DNA of 64,000 nt. Source: Lama guanicoe. Taxonomy: Eukaryota. How positions within the stretch are numbered: the first letter of the stretch is position 1; every line of letters begins with the position of its first letter. Of the stretch, positions 49,701 through 63,189 are shown one piece after another. Location of the stretch: positions 13,300,974 to 13,364,973 of the forward strand of contig MU054187.1 in assembly GCA_013239625.1 (NCBI GenBank), in the 5' to 3' direction. The notes below the pieces were generated by a model that worked only from the letters and a program-made list of their open reading frames with translations, searched no databases and was not told the DNA's origin. Made by a program: the position numbers and the translations under genes.

Positions 49701-50291
49701 TCATTTCCTTTTGGTCCACAAGCCAGGCGCTTCGTCACCCCTTTCGCTGCCACTCTATTCCCCACCCCCACGAGATGACGGGCTCCTTTCTGTCAGGCTC
49801 ACACTCGATGATTCCTTTTGGCCTTCCGAATGTGAAGCATGATACTCTATATCTAAACGTCGTGTCAAAATCCATGCTGAATGAATCAGTGGATATTAAT
49901 GAATCATTGCAAAAGTGCTTTGAAACAAAAGTCAAATAGTAAGAACTCTGCTTTCTAAGGTTGAGAAAGGAGGTCCTCCGAGGGAGTCGACGTGAATTTC
50001 TCCTGGTCTGGCCCCATGTCCTCACCTCCCATCCACTTCCCTGATTTTCCCCTGTTCCCCTGCACTTCGGTCCCGCAGAGTTGTTCCCTGTCCACATCCT
50101 CAGACGCGCCAGTGCAGCTCCCTATGCTGCATTAGATGTCCCCACTCCTCTCTCACCTTGCTCACCAAGCCCTTTTTCTTTTGCATCCATGCAGCTGGTG
50201 AAACCCAGACTCCCAACAGCAACATTTCCTGGACTCTTCAGACAAGGAGAGAGTCCGAACACTAAAAGCGGTAAAGGGCCAGCCCGCGGGA

Positions 50292-50460
50292 GCAGCAGTG
50301 CTGAGCGGTCAGATGTGAGGGCTCTGGACTCAGGTACACCTGAGTTCATCCAACGATGCTGCCACTCACTTTGCTGCATTGTTTTGGAAAAGTAGTTGAA
50401 GGTCTCCACACGGCAATCTTTCTCAGCGTGCCCATCTCCAAGGGAGCTTCTGAGAATTCA
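50292..50460 (+). mobile_element. MIR SINE
   Basis: GGGCTCTGGACTCAG..CACCTGAGTTCA...TGCCACTCAC. Confidence 0.55.
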
Positions 50461-51277
50461 TGCCTCTAAAGCTTAGGATTTGGTTCAGTATAACCACTCC
50501 AGGAATATTACTAATAAAGCAGAAAAGGAAAATGAATCCTTCTGAAGATGAGTGGTCAGGCAGAATGGGAAGGGAGGAGGGAATTTTAACCTTTCTGCAG
50601 ATTTCAAGGCCCAGCTTTCAGGGATCTTACGAAAAGCCCTAACTCCTGGGCTAAGTACATGGATGTAGCCATGGTCTGTGCATCTTTCTTTGAAAGCACA
50701 TTGAAATTTGGGAGCAGGAAGCAAAAACTATAGCCCTCCCACTAGTAAGCCAGGTAACAACTCCACACCCTGTGATTTTTGGCAAGGAGATTGATTCAAG
50801 GGCAACTGTTCAGGAAAAACAGGCCATTTCCTGTTTTATGGAAACGGCTCGTAAACACATGGGCTGTAGTCTTTGAACTCGAGCACGTCAGGTCTCCAGT
50901 GACTCATGTTCATAGAAATTATTAATTGCAAGGCAGGGACACTTAACAAGTGTTGAGTCTCACAGAAAATGAATGATGGTTTCTTCAAAGGTTCATAGAG
51001 GGAACATGGGTCGGGGCAGGGGAGAGGAAACAGGCTCCCATAAGTAACAGGGACCCGGGAGAGAAGGCTGGGAAGATAATATTGCCCGATTGACAATTTT
51101 TAATTCTTCTTCTCCTAATGAGCAATGTCCTTCCTTTACCCTTCCGCCTACAGAGCTGCCAACAACCTCTTTGACAGGAAAAAGGAACATTTTCTCTTCC
51201 AAAGTGTCCCTTTGAAGTAAAGGCTATGTCCCCAAATGATGCTTCCTTGGGGGAAAAACCTTTGGAGGAAGCACTGG

Positions 51278-51505
51278 GGTGCGGTAGTCAAAGGAGGAGC
51301 TTGAAGTAAGGACACCCTGGGCTTGATCCCAGCTCTGTCACTCAGTAGTCGGGTGACCTCAGGCACTTTGCTCAATCTCCCTGAATCTTGGGTCTTTTCA
51401 CTGCAGCAATATAGATAAATAATTTCCACTTCAGAAAGTTATTGTAGGGATTCAATGCAAATACCTACGAAACATCCTTAGCATGATGCTGGTACTCAGT
51501 ATTTA
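51278..51505 (+). mobile_element. MIR SINE
   Basis: CTGGGCTTGATCCCAGCTCTGTCACTCAGTAG..GGTGACCTCAGGCA. Confidence 0.75.
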
Positions 51506-51508
51506 CTA

Positions 51509-51537
51509 ACACACACACACACACACACACATACACA
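51509..51537. repeat. (CA)n microsatellite
   Basis: AC run with one interruption. Confidence 0.9.
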
Positions 51538-51727
51538 GCCAGTCTTGGGAATCCAGCCTCACGCTACCTCTCCAGACATACCTTTTCCTCACCTTCTCCT
51601 GCTCCGTCCAATCAACCAACTTGCTGACCCCCTAAACTCTCTATCCATAAATACAGGTATACAAATATATTTGTAATTAACCAAATTATATTTGCAGTAG
51701 AGTCCCCATGCCCTATGATAATACATC

Positions 51728-51812
51728 TATTTTATTTTATTTCATTTCAGTTGATTTACAATGTTGTGTTAGTTTCAGATGTACAGCAAAGTGATTCGGA
51801 TATACATGTATG
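51728..51812 (-). mobile_element. Very short L1 3' terminus
   Basis: AGTTGATTTACAATGTTGTGTTAGTTTCAGATGTACAGCAAAGTGATTC, same family end as at 35989. Confidence 0.8.
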
Positions 51813-52159
51813 CGAACTTCATTTCATTTTCTGAGTTACATTTACTTAGCAGAATTACATTTCAAGAATCTGAGAAAGAATATGTATATATCTATATAAC
51901 CTGCTGAGCTACCTGAATCTTCCAGGAGCACGTTCTCTTTCAGTCTCCTAAATAGGGAAGCACATTTGAGAAATTAATAAAACCTCCCATCAAATGGCTA
52001 CTCTATTGTTAATTTAATTGGGGCCCACGTCTAAAAACAAATTTACAGGCTGATATTAATTTTGCTAGTTTAATGTTAAATGAACATAGATGCAAAGTTA
52101 TAAATTGGGGGTGAAAAGATACAACTGTGCAAGGAGAGATAAGTAGGTTAGTGGTGAAA

Positions 52160-52470
52160 CGTGTGAAAAACAATTAAACAAAATCAGTAAGAATTGAAAG
52201 TGACATGCTTGTCAATAGAAACACTTCTGGGCCGCAGTCATGAGAATGCAATGAATAGAGCCAAGGAGGCCGTAGGCTGGGCCTCTGCAGCTCGATCCCA
52301 TTCCTGGAATCCTTCCCATGCTGAGAGCGACGTCTGCAAACTTGAACTCATCCAAGAGAGGGCAATGAAGGCTCTCGAGTATAGGTGTCATGACGAATGA
52401 ACAGCAGTTGAAAGACCTCATGATTCGCAGCTTGGAGAGAATCTAGAATGAACATGATGGTGTTTTCTTG
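52160..52470 (+). mobile_element. L3/CR1 LINE ORF2 C-terminal relic
   Basis: Translation DVCKLELIQERAMKALE...EQQLKDLMIRSLE resembles the CR1 motif DIDKLERVQRRATKM...EERLKELGLFSLE. Confidence 0.7.
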
Positions 52471-55236
52471 CCTTCAGATGACCAGTATAGGAACTAGACT
52501 GGACTCTGGGTATCACTGGGCAGAAACAGGTGGAGGTGGGGGAGCCTTCAAGAGACCAAAGAAATAGCCAGGGAAGGGGCCGGGAACCAAGAGTGTAGTT
52601 GTATCATAGAAGCCAGGGAACAGCTCCTAGCCTGGCGGTGTTCCTCTGGAAAGAGACTCATGGCACCATGCGGACTGCCCCTCACCATGGCCGTGCCAAC
52701 TGAGAGACCAGGAGGGAGAAATCGGGTGCTTCCAGAAAGGGGGAAATCCTGGAACACTCTCACATTTACGTACATTCTGTGTCTTGTCACATATCTATGT
52801 CCTTGATTTGGGATAATCTGGTGGGGGAAAAAAAACTCAATTCACCTGTCCGCTGCCTTTACTCTGGGTCTAAATGGTTGTTCACTGCTGCAGACCACCT
52901 GTGAGGAAAGTTCCTGAAGACCACCGGAGTCAGGAAAAATAAAAACAAGGTAATAAGTTTTCCAGTTGAAAGAGTTGCCCTTCATTTTGAAATAACATCC
53001 TTCCTACATTTTTGTCTGAGTGTTGAATACTCCATCTTTTTTGGACATGATGAGAGTTCGAACATGACTTTTTTGTGTCTGATTTTGGCAAAATAAAAAT
53101 GTATCATCCCTTTTATGAATTTTCTTTTTTTTTTGTAAAATTTTTTTTACTGGCAAACCCAGAGCTCTGAGATCCAGGGCTCCAGAATACAATAGAAGGA
53201 AAAAGAAGATTAATTTTTAAAAAATTCAAAGACAGGAACCTCAAAATTATTGTAGAAAAGGACGTTTTCCTAAGAAATTAATAAGGAAGAATACGATGTC
53301 TAGATATGTTACTTATCATTTGGAAAGGTTTTAAAATGAATCGGGTGGGTATGTTTCAACATAAAACTAAATAATTAGAATGAGTTTTGGACTAATTCAG
53401 TTCCAAGCTTTTGCATCTAGCATTTCGTTTGAGGTCGTTCTAATTTCATAGGGGAAGGCATCATCTCTTCGGTGCTCACCTGGGCCAGGAACAGAGCAAA
53501 GACTTTTCACATTTCATCTGCTCCCAGCCACTCTCTTAGCCTCTCGCATTTACTCCATTTTACAGAAAGGGAATGTGCGAGTTTGGAGAAGTTAACAGAC
53601 AATGGAAGAATTAAATTCTGTGCCATAAAACAACCAAAGTACACGCAACCTTTCCAAAATAACTGCCTTTTTGTTTCTCACTAGCAACCCTCATTTCTGT
53701 AATACCACAATTGACCACAAGGGAGAAGTATAGACATATTTTCATGTGTTCATTTTAAATGACCAGTTTTACCAATTTTTAGATTAATTAAAGCAGTTCA
53801 AAGTGCAAAGATATATGTTAACCATTTTTTTCAGTGTTTCTGCTTTTATCCATACTATTATTTGGCTGGAGTGAAGATCCAAAATGCAAAAAAGTAAACA
53901 GAAGTCAGTACTGCACTAGAACGTGTATTTTCATCTTAACAGTCCTGTGTGAAATGAGTGGGGGAAATTACTATAATTACGGCCACTTTACTCGTGTTAG
54001 ACCCAGACCTTGTCTTTGAGAGTAAATATGGGGTTATAGAGTCTCTTGCTGTGTCTTTATGAAAATACTAGTATCACTCTGGTCCTTCTCATGGAAAACC
54101 TACATCCCACATGTATAAATTCCTTATCTATTTTAAGATGAAAATACACATTCTAGTGCAATGGGAGCCCCTAACATTTTGACACATGTGCGGAACCCAG
54201 TTTATAAGCCTCTTTGGGTTCCCTCCAGCAAGGACTGGTCTCTAGAAAGACCCGTTCCAGCAGCTGCTTTCTTGTTGGTTGCTTAGGAAGAAGTTCCTTC
54301 TCTAGGGAACGACATTTAATGAGCTCCATGGCTGCCTTCGGGAAGGGGACCGCATCACCAGCAGGGAATCCTGACATCGTGGGGGGTTGGGGGGTGGGCA
54401 CACCATCACAGGGCTGTGTCCTTGGAGGAGGGCGTGGGCCTGGCCCCAAGTGGTGCCCAGGGCAGGTGTATGGGAAGGAGACTCCAGGTGGGGTGGACCT
54501 CCAGGAGAGAGGGATAGAGAAGGCAGGAAATCCATCCCATCCCTTCCGCAGGACCCCCACCAGCACCACCACCCTCTGGGGACCCAGTAGTTTCCTGCAG
54601 CCTCTCTGAGCCCTGCTCATCCCAAAACTGTAAGCAGCGTAGCTCTGCACCACCTTATGTTTGCTCGCCCTCCTTCCCTGCCTCTCTTCCGTTTCCCTCC
54701 ACTTTTCGCTCTCCTTGGATCACTGTTCCCCAGTCAGGTGTTAGCACGCATGCTTTTGCCTCAGGCTCTGCCCCCTAGGGAATCCAGGATAAGACAATGT
54801 ATTCTTATTGTAGAATTTGAAGTCTTCAAGAAGGCGTGTAATCCTGACCTTTGTATTCGTGACCAGTAATCTTAAACCACTTGAGCTTGAAAAAGCAGAA
54901 AGTAACCTCAGGGTTGATATATGCAAGCAAAGGGTTTGCTGCAACTTACAAACTGGTCACTAGATGGCACGCTGATCACAGCCTTGCATGACTGGGACAG
55001 TTGCATGACAAAACTCAAAAACTTGACCTTCAATTCCGTTATTTCTCTGATTGAACCCTGTGGTAAGTACTGGAGCTGCAGAGTTCCCAACACAGCAGAA
55101 ACAGTGGCTATGGAAGCGAATAACATAGTGTGGAAATGTCTACTGACAGATGTGTTTACTGCCCTTGAAGGTGGATTTCAGTGACTCAATTTCTTATACT
55201 TGATAACAAATATATGTTATTACTTTAAAAATATCA

Positions 55237-57550
55237 TTTTTTTCAGATGAAATTCACATGACATTAAAATAAACTATTTTAAAGTGAATAATGTAGTGGA
55301 CATTAGTACATTGACAATGTTATGCAACCACCATCTCCATCTAGTCTGTAAACATTTCCATCATTACAAACTAACTACCTTTTAAGGGGTTTCTCCTTGT
55401 TCCCCCTCAACCCAGCCCCTGGCAACCGACCAATCTGCATTTTGTCCTAATGGATTGATTCATCTATTCTGGATACTTCCTATAAACTGAATTACACAAT
55501 ATGTGATCTTTTGGCTTGGCTTCGTTAACTTAGCATAATGTTTTCCAGGAATATCCACATTGTGACATTTATTCATTTTTATGACTGATAATAGTGTATT
55601 ATATGGTGACGGCACAATTGGTTTATTTATTCAGGATATTTGGGCTGTTTCCATCTATGGGCTTTGTGAATTGTGCTGCTATATACATTCATGTGCATAT
55701 CCTTGTTTGAGTACCTGTCTTCAATCCTAGGAGTAGAATTGGTGGATCGTATGATAATGCTGTGTTTAGCTTTTTGAAGAACTCTCAAACTGTTTTCCAC
55801 ATCAGCCGAACCACTTAACAGTCCCACCAGTAACGTGGGAAGATTACAATTTCTCCACATCCTCACCAATACTTATTACTGTCCTCTTTATAATTATTAG
55901 CATAACCATCCTAGTGGGTGTGAAGTGGTAACTCATTGTGGTTTTGTTTCAAATGTTGCGAATGACTAATGATGGTAAGCATCTTTTCATGTGCGTGTTA
56001 ATCACGAGTATAACTTCTTTGGAGAAATATCTAAGTCCTTTGCCCATTTAAAAAAATTTTAGACTGTTTGTCCTTTTGCTGTTGAGCTGTAAGACTTCTC
56101 TACATACTCTGGTTACTAGACCCTTATCAGAATACAATTTGCAAATATTTTCTCTCACTCTGTCAGTTACCTTCACTTTCTTGGTAATACTATCTGATAC
56201 ACAAAGGTTTTTAATTCTGATGAGGTCGAATATGTCCTTTTTGTTGTTGTTGCTCATTTTTGTGATGTTAGATCCACTGCCAAATCCAACGTCTTGAAGA
56301 TTTACCCCATGTTTTCTTCTAATAGTTTCATGGTTTTGACTGTTACATTTAAGTCGTTTATACATTCTGAGTTAGTTGCTGGTGTGAGGTAGAGATCCAG
56401 CTTCACCCCTTGGCATGTGGACACCCCAATATGCCATTTGTTGAAGAGACCATTATTCCTTATTGAATGGTCTTGACACTCTTTCAAAAATCAATTGACC
56501 ATAGATGTATGGATTTATTTCTGATTCTAAACTCTAGTCCATTGGTCTTCAGTCTATCCTTATGCTAATATCACATTGTTTTGATTGCCGTAGCATTGCT
56601 GTAGTAAGTTTTGAAATTGGGAAATGTGGGTCCTCGGGCTTTGTTCTTTATCAGGATTGTTTTGGCTGTTGGAGGTTCCTTGCAATTTCGTATGAATTTG
56701 AGGATCATCTTTTCCATTTCTGCCTAAAGAGCCATTGGAATTTTTATAGAGATTGCATTGAATTTGTAGATCACTTTATGTAGTGCTGACATCTTAACAA
56801 CATTAAGTCTTCCAATCCATGAACACAGGACGCCTTTCCATTATTTAGTTGTTCACTTTATTTAAGCAATGTTTTATGGTTTTCAGTGTACAAGTCTTTC
56901 ACCTTCTTGGTTTAATTTATTCCTGGGTGTTTTATACTTTTGGATGCTATTACAAATGGAATTTTTTAAAAATTTCTTTTCAGATTGTTTATTGCTAGCA
57001 TAGAGAAGCAGCTTATTTGCGTGTGTTGATCTTGGATCTTGCTGCTTTGCTGAGTTCATTCATTAGCTCTTGCAGCTTTTTGTGGATTTTTGTGGACTCT
57101 ATTGTAAGTATACAGGACTAGGATCATATCATCTGAGATGAGATAGTTTTAATTATTTCTTTTTAATTTGGATGCCTTTTGTTTGTTTTTCTTATCTAAT
57201 TGCTCTGGATAGAACTTCCAACGCAATATTGAACAGCAGAGGGGAAAGTAGGCATCTGTGACTTGCTCCTGATTTTAGGGGGAAAGCTTTCAGTCGTTCA
57301 CCGTTGAGTTTGATGTTCGCTGTGGATTCTTCATAATTGCCCTTTATGATATGGAGAAAGTCCCCTTCTTTTTCTACTTTTCTGAATTTTTTTTATCATG
57401 ATAGGGTATTAAATTTTGTCAATGGCTTTTTCTGTGTCAGTTGAGATGGTCATGTGGGTTTTTATTTTCCCTCATTCTATAACGTGATATGTTACAGGTT
57501 ACATTGATTGATTTCATATGTTTGAAAAAACACCCTTGCTTTCCTGGGCA
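55237..57550 (-). mobile_element. L1MB-like element, about 2.3 kb, degraded ORF2 3' half plus 3'UTR
   Basis: Continuous L1 similarity; broken ORF2 peptides (e.g. LFNKW...KLDLYLTP..NSECINDLNV..KTMKLLEEN). Confidence 0.93.
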
Positions 57551-58267
57551 ATCCCTAATCCCAGATGGTTAAAACACCTCTTATCAGGCAGCTTCCTTAG
57601 GGGTACCCTAATTCTCACATGTTTCAATTCAGACATATTATCTCTTGTCCTGTCCTTGTGAAAATGGATAACGCAAGGAACCACTTGTTGCTAGTGGAAA
57701 GTTGTGTCTTCCTCAGATGACTTAAACAGTGATCTGTTAGGCACATCTAATCCGACTGGCCATTGTAGGCAGGGTGGGGAGACAATCAGAGAACACTTGT
57801 GGTGAGAAGGGCCCTCAGTCACGGCCCTTCCCGGCTCTCCCCACCTCCTTTTGCCCTCCAGTGGTTCTTCTCTGATCTTCAGATTAGCCACTTCCTGCCT
57901 CCTCTGCTGGGCTTTTCAAGAGTGTACAACCTTCTGAGCTAAACTTCCCAGGTAAGGATAGATCTACGTCTTTCAGCTCAGTGTGTAGACATCAGGCATT
58001 TTTCAAATCATCTTCCTCAGAAAATAAGGAGGAAAACACAACCAAAAAGGAACAGATATCTTTATAGATGACAAGTGCCTTTCCCTGGGTTGCTGTGGTT
58101 GGCACTGCCAGCTGAGCAGACAGACCTTGGCTTCTTTCCCCACGTCCACACCAGCTGAAGAACTCAGAGCCAGTGTAACTCTGTGGCTCATCCATTGGCC
58201 CTAGGTCACACCCAAGGCTAAGGTGGCCTTGTTGGTGGAGACATCCTTGGGGAGGCAATGGGATGGG

Positions 58268-58490
58268 GCTGGTTAAAGGTTCAGATGCTGAACTAAAGAG
58301 AACTGGGTTTAAGCTCTGAGTCTGCTACCTATTCCCTGTGTGGCCCTTGGAAAGTTACTCAAGCTTTGTGGCCCTCAGTTTTCCTCTCTGTAAATGAAGA
58401 GAATCACAGACTTACTAATAGTCTAATGAGAGACTTAAAGGGTTACTATCTGTAAAGTGCATAGCATGAGACTTAGCATGTTTACAATAT
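58268..58490 (+). mobile_element. MIR SINE
   Basis: CTGGGTTTAAG...TTGGAAAGTTACTCAA...CCTCAGTTTTCCTCTCTGTAAATGA. Confidence 0.75.
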
Positions 58491-59149
58491 TAATGTGTCT
58501 CTTTCAATTTTAAAGCTTTGTGCTTTATGATACTGACTCAATAAGTCTCCTTTCTGTCTGAAGGATCCCAGGAACCATCAGATCACGTGCAGAGCTGGCG
58601 AGCTGCATTGTGCACCAGGGACCAGTGTCACCGGTCAAGCAATGTCCTGGTTGTTCTGTGACGACTGCGTGTCTCAGATGTCTCTAGAGAGCAGGCTTTT
58701 CCAAATCACCATCATTTCACAACAGAAACATAATTTAAACCAAAGAGTAGCATTAACTATTTTCTATTAGCACTAATTCATTAAATATTTATTGAGCACT
58801 TGCTTTGTACCAGAAAAACAATTTCATAAAAACCCACGCTGGAAAACCATGACCCTTGTGCTGAAGACATTTACAGTTCAGTGACAAGAGCAAGCCATGG
58901 TCGTGCAGAACTGGGGCAGGGACATTGTTTCCAAGATTTGTGTCTCTGAACCAAGTAGTCCTTGTCTCTCTTTAGGCTCTGAGCTGTTAGTGTACCCACT
59001 TCAAATCTGAACCCCTGGAACAAGACCAAATGTGATAAGAATCTTGTTAGGCCCATGCACGTTAGAGTTCCTGGATGAATGGTAGGGTTTCTAAATTCTG
59101 TACTCTTTCAAACTTGCCCTTTTAAACTTTAGTGATAAATGATGACTCA

Positions 59150-59430
59150 TGACATACTGTACACTGTCTGGCCCAAGTCAGAAACCTTGTAGTCATCATT
59201 AATTTCTTCCTGTCTTTCATCACCCACATCCAGTCAATTTGATTCTAGCTGTAAAATGTCTTTCAGAGTCACCCCTTGTGTCCCCACCACCACTCTCAGC
59301 CTCAGGACTTGGTCTCTCTTGCCTGGCTGTCCAGATGGGACCTCCTTCAATCCATCCTGCAAACCGCATGCCAGTGAGCGTTCTAAGAGCCCAGGCTCTG
59401 GTGGATCACATCTTGAGACGTGAAACAAAC
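59150..59430 (+). mobile_element. L2 fragment
   Basis: CCAAGTCAGAAACCTT..AGTCATC...CCCACATCCAGTCA...CCAGTGAGCGTTCTAA. Confidence 0.6.
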
Positions 59431-60884
59431 TTACAAAGTGTGCTGTCAAAGCACCAACCAAAATTTTGAAAAATCGCACAGGTGAAAACTACAAAAGTAG
59501 CAATGGGGAAAGAGCCTACCTAAAGAGGGAAAAGCTCACTAGACTCTCAGAACCAGAGACCAGATTTCAACATTTTCTAGGCTTCTAGGCATATTAAAGA
59601 AAGCCTTTTTTTTTTTGCCTCCTTTTTCTTTTCTGAAGTTTCTTTTATTTGGATCTGATGTTTTTCCACTATAATTTTGAATCTGGGGCAAATCAAATAT
59701 CATCATAGAACACTTGTTCAAAGGTCTGATAAATCTCCTTGTCTTATCATTTTTTCTAATACTAGTGAAAATCTGCCTTCAGAAAGAAATAGCTTTAAAC
59801 ATCAAAACTTACTATTTTTTGATTTCTGTATCACACAGAAGAAGACTTTAGTACCTTTGTAAGACTGAGTATTTATCATAGAAATGAAGAGTCTGTAGTG
59901 AAGTTTACAATTGACAATAAAATCACGCAGAAATAGCACAGTTCTTCCACAGAACAAGTCAAAGGACGCCTGCGGGGTTTGAGCTCATCTAAAATGTTTA
60001 TGGTGGACTTTGTCCTTCTGCTCAGGGGTTCAGCCTCCCTGTTTGTGATGCACCAACAAACTGCAGGAGGCATCACCAACGGCATTCAGAAGACCCACAA
60101 GAAAGGGGGCACTTTAGAACTGAGAGAGACTGGAGGCTTCATCCAGCCCAGGCCCCTAGTTTTCGATGAGAAAGCAAAGTTGGAAAAGGGAGTGGTTGCC
60201 CGGGGCCACCCAACTAGTCAGTTTCTCAGATCACCCCACTTGTCACCCTAGGCAGCCTCCCCAGTGCTTGGCCAGTGCTCTTCGAAAGCAGCTGCAGAAA
60301 ATAGCTGTCGTGGTGCCAAATCCTTATCTGCTGGTGTCCTTCAGATCGAGTGGGCCGTGTGCCAACGGGAAACTCAGAGTCTGTGAATTCTAATCCAGGA
60401 CAGTTTGGGTCAGAGGGTCTTAAATTTCCCTCCAGAGCAGAGGTTCTGTACCAGATCGGAGGGGAGCTGAAAGGCAGGGGTGCATACTGTGGGTGCGTCT
60501 GTATCAGCGCAGATGGTTGGTGCTGTTTTTAACCCCAGTGTGTTATAATGGCCGTATGATCAATCTTCGCATTTTTCTATCCAGCTGTCCTAACCATGCA
60601 CATATGTTTTATCAATCTACCCTCACACCCTAAAGTGAGCTAGGTGTGTTGCTTGTCGTGCAGATCAATACCTTGGAGATTTCAAAATTTGGAAGAGGCC
60701 AATCCCTTTAGAGGAGAGCTGAAACAGAATCACAGTTAAAGGCTGAGAATTTTCAGATTTAAGGAAAAACCAGGGACTCTGAATACTCAGAGAGATTCCT
60801 AGCAATTTCTCCTCCATGCGGAGAAAATGACTTTTCTCAAACGGTCATCTCAGTGTGCAGGTGTTACTGACGCTGAAACTAACA

Positions 60885-61045
60885 GACTCACATTTGTTGA
60901 CCACCTATGATGCCAGGCCCTGTGCTAAGTGTGTGACATTCACTGCTGGTTTGAACCTTCATGAACAACTCCATCAGGTAGGTTCTATTCTATCTTAATT
61001 TTACAAGAGAGAAAGCTGAGGTTCAGTGATGTTAAGTCACTAGTA
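60885..61045 (-). mobile_element. MIR SINE
   Basis: CATTTGTTGA.CACCTATGATGCCAGGC.CTGTGCTAAG...TTTTACA..GAAAGCTGAGGTTCAG. Confidence 0.8.
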
Positions 61046-61109
61046 AGGCTGTGTTCTTCACTGCCATACTGGACGTTACCCTTGTCATCAGACTAGAGTT
61101 TGAAGCCCT

Positions 61110-61378
61110 TCTCCTGCTTTGTCCAGACTGTCCTCACCTGTTGGCTCTGTGGGAAACCTTCCATGATGATCCAAGGCTGGGTGTTGTGCCCTTCCTCGCA
61201 GAGCATCACCTTCCCTCATGGCACTCGGCACACCGTACTTCAGTGATCCGTCCATTCATCCCTTTCTTTGTTCCTTGGCAGCTCTTTGAGGCCAGGCAAC
61301 GCTGTCATTCATTTCATTCCTATGAGCACTGTCCTGGCTCATAGCACATGATCAGTAAGTGTTTCTTGAATAAATGGC
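61110..61378 (+). mobile_element. L2 3' fragment
   Basis: GGGAAACCTTCC...GCTCTTTGAGGCCAGG...CCTGGCTCATAG...AGTAAGTGTTTCTTGAATAAATG. Confidence 0.65.
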
Positions 61379-61402
61379 AGAGGTGGAAATTGACTTGACT
61401 AT

Positions 61403-61910
61403 ATGTTTTGCTTATCTATTGCTGAGTTCAGAAACTACCCCCAATTCAGTAGCTTGAAACAGCAACTGTATTATGATTATGTCTCACAATTTTGCAGGTC
61501 AAGAATTAGGACAGGGCCTGGTGGGGATGGCTCACCTCTGCCATCTGTCCTCCCGAGCTTCTTCACTTCCCTTAAGACACCTCCACTGTTGGCTCTGCTG
61601 GGATCATCCGTGTGGGGCCTCAGTCCTCACTGTCAGCTGGGCTCCTCAGTTCTTAGGGTCTCTCTCTCTCCTGTGGCCTCTCCATGCAGTCCCTTCAGAA
61701 ACATGGTTGGAATTCTCACACGGAAGCTCAGGGATCCCAAATAAGTGCATGGAGAAGTGTCTAGTCCTTAAGGCTTAGGCTGGGAACTGTCAGAGTCACT
61801 GCTGCCACCTTCTATTGGTTAGAGCAGGTCCCTGGACCAGCCCTCCACAAGCGTGTGGGCAATGGGAGGCCCGGTTCACCAGAAACCATCTTTGATGGTT
61901 AGGTTCCCCA
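61403..61910 (-). mobile_element. MaLR solo LTR (MLT1H/G-like)
   Basis: TTATCTATTGCTG...AAACTACCCC...TCTCACAATTTTG..GGTCAAGAATT...CTGCCACCTTCTATTGGT. Confidence 0.75.
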
Positions 61911-63189
61911 TCGTCTAGTCCAGCCAACCCCATCCCAGCCCAAGCATCCAAAGAAATGGTGTCAGACAGAGGAGGTGGATAGCTTGGCCTACTCCATCAC
62001 CACTGTTTGAGGGAAACCTGTCATGAAAGCACATAAAAGTCAGGGATTGCCAGAGCGTTGTGTGCATGTAAACAGCGAGTGGTACAGTGCCTGGTCAGAA
62101 GCGCTGAAGATGTTCTGTTTAGAACATAACATCCAGCCTACGCCTGGCGATGCGGAGGTCTGAGATAGTGTTAGAACTGTGGTCTTTCCTCCCCTCACCG
62201 CTCCCTCCTTTTCTCTGTGTATATTGGGTTCACCCGCCTCGTCCCCTCAGGCTCCTGAGGCCTTGGCTTCCGCCCCTTCCAGCACTGCCCTTGGCCACTT
62301 TGATGCTCCTTTATTGGGCTCAGCCTGAGGAGTTCCTGCTATTACTTCTGCAAGAGGATACTCCCTCCTAATTCCTGGCTCTCAGAACAGTTTCTTCAAG
62401 GATCATCCAAGTCCCCTGGACCTCGTGTTACTGAGCTTTTGAGTTTATGGGATCCTTTCTTTGCATTTGAAGATGCTAGCTTCCAAAGTATTTGAGAACT
62501 CTGTGCATTTTTGTTGTTGTTTTTGTTTCTCTTCTACTCACATTCTGCATGTCAAGGCCTTCAGTTACTTCAGTGACGTGCCCTGTAGAAGTTAATCAAC
62601 ATTGTCATGAATCAATATATTTTCCTCTACTTGGCAAACCTACACGTGAAATCTCTTAACTGAGGAACAGTGCAAATGATTCCCCCATTTCCTTAAATAA
62701 ATTTCTTACGTTAGTGCTATATAATGAGATGATTCTAACATAGCCCTCAGAGAATATTAACATAGGGGCAAAAGAAATTGGATTTTACAGTCATGAATTT
62801 GGAACATCACTTTCTCTTTCATCTGAAAACCAGGTCCAGTCCGGAGGCTACAAATGCTCAAAATTAAGAGCCTATAGGGACAGGAGAGATGGGTATGAGA
62901 CAGAAAGAGTAGGAAATGGTACCGAGATCTTTCTGAGAGCAGCCTGTGTGGAAGCAGTACACACGTTGGTCCTGCTGATTTTTCAGCCTAGTCCAGAGCC
63001 ATGTTGCCTGGAGAAGGCCTGCCCATCTAAGTTGTTATCTTAACCTCTCCAGAGAGTCTTTTGGATCTAATGTTTGCTCCTGTATCCAACCTGGACGTGA
63101 TCTACAGGCTCCTGTCCTGCAGAGATCACCAGAAAAATCAAGAAAATGTGAATTTTATCAATGAAAAGGGCCTTAGGAATTATCTAGGT

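Noticed and set aside
51044..51058. 15-bp match GTAACAGGGACCCGG to the reverse strand near 7230-7243
   Set aside because: A few exact matches of this length are expected by chance in 64 kb on two strands, and the flanks do not align.
54171..54653. Cluster of overlapping 67-160 aa ORFs
   Set aside because: Explained by local GC richness (few stop codons); the peptides are low-complexity G/P-rich with no known similarity.
55627..56783. ORFs with L1 ORF2 similarity as an active retrotransposon
   Set aside because: Multiple stops and frameshifts, 5'-truncated; a fossil copy.
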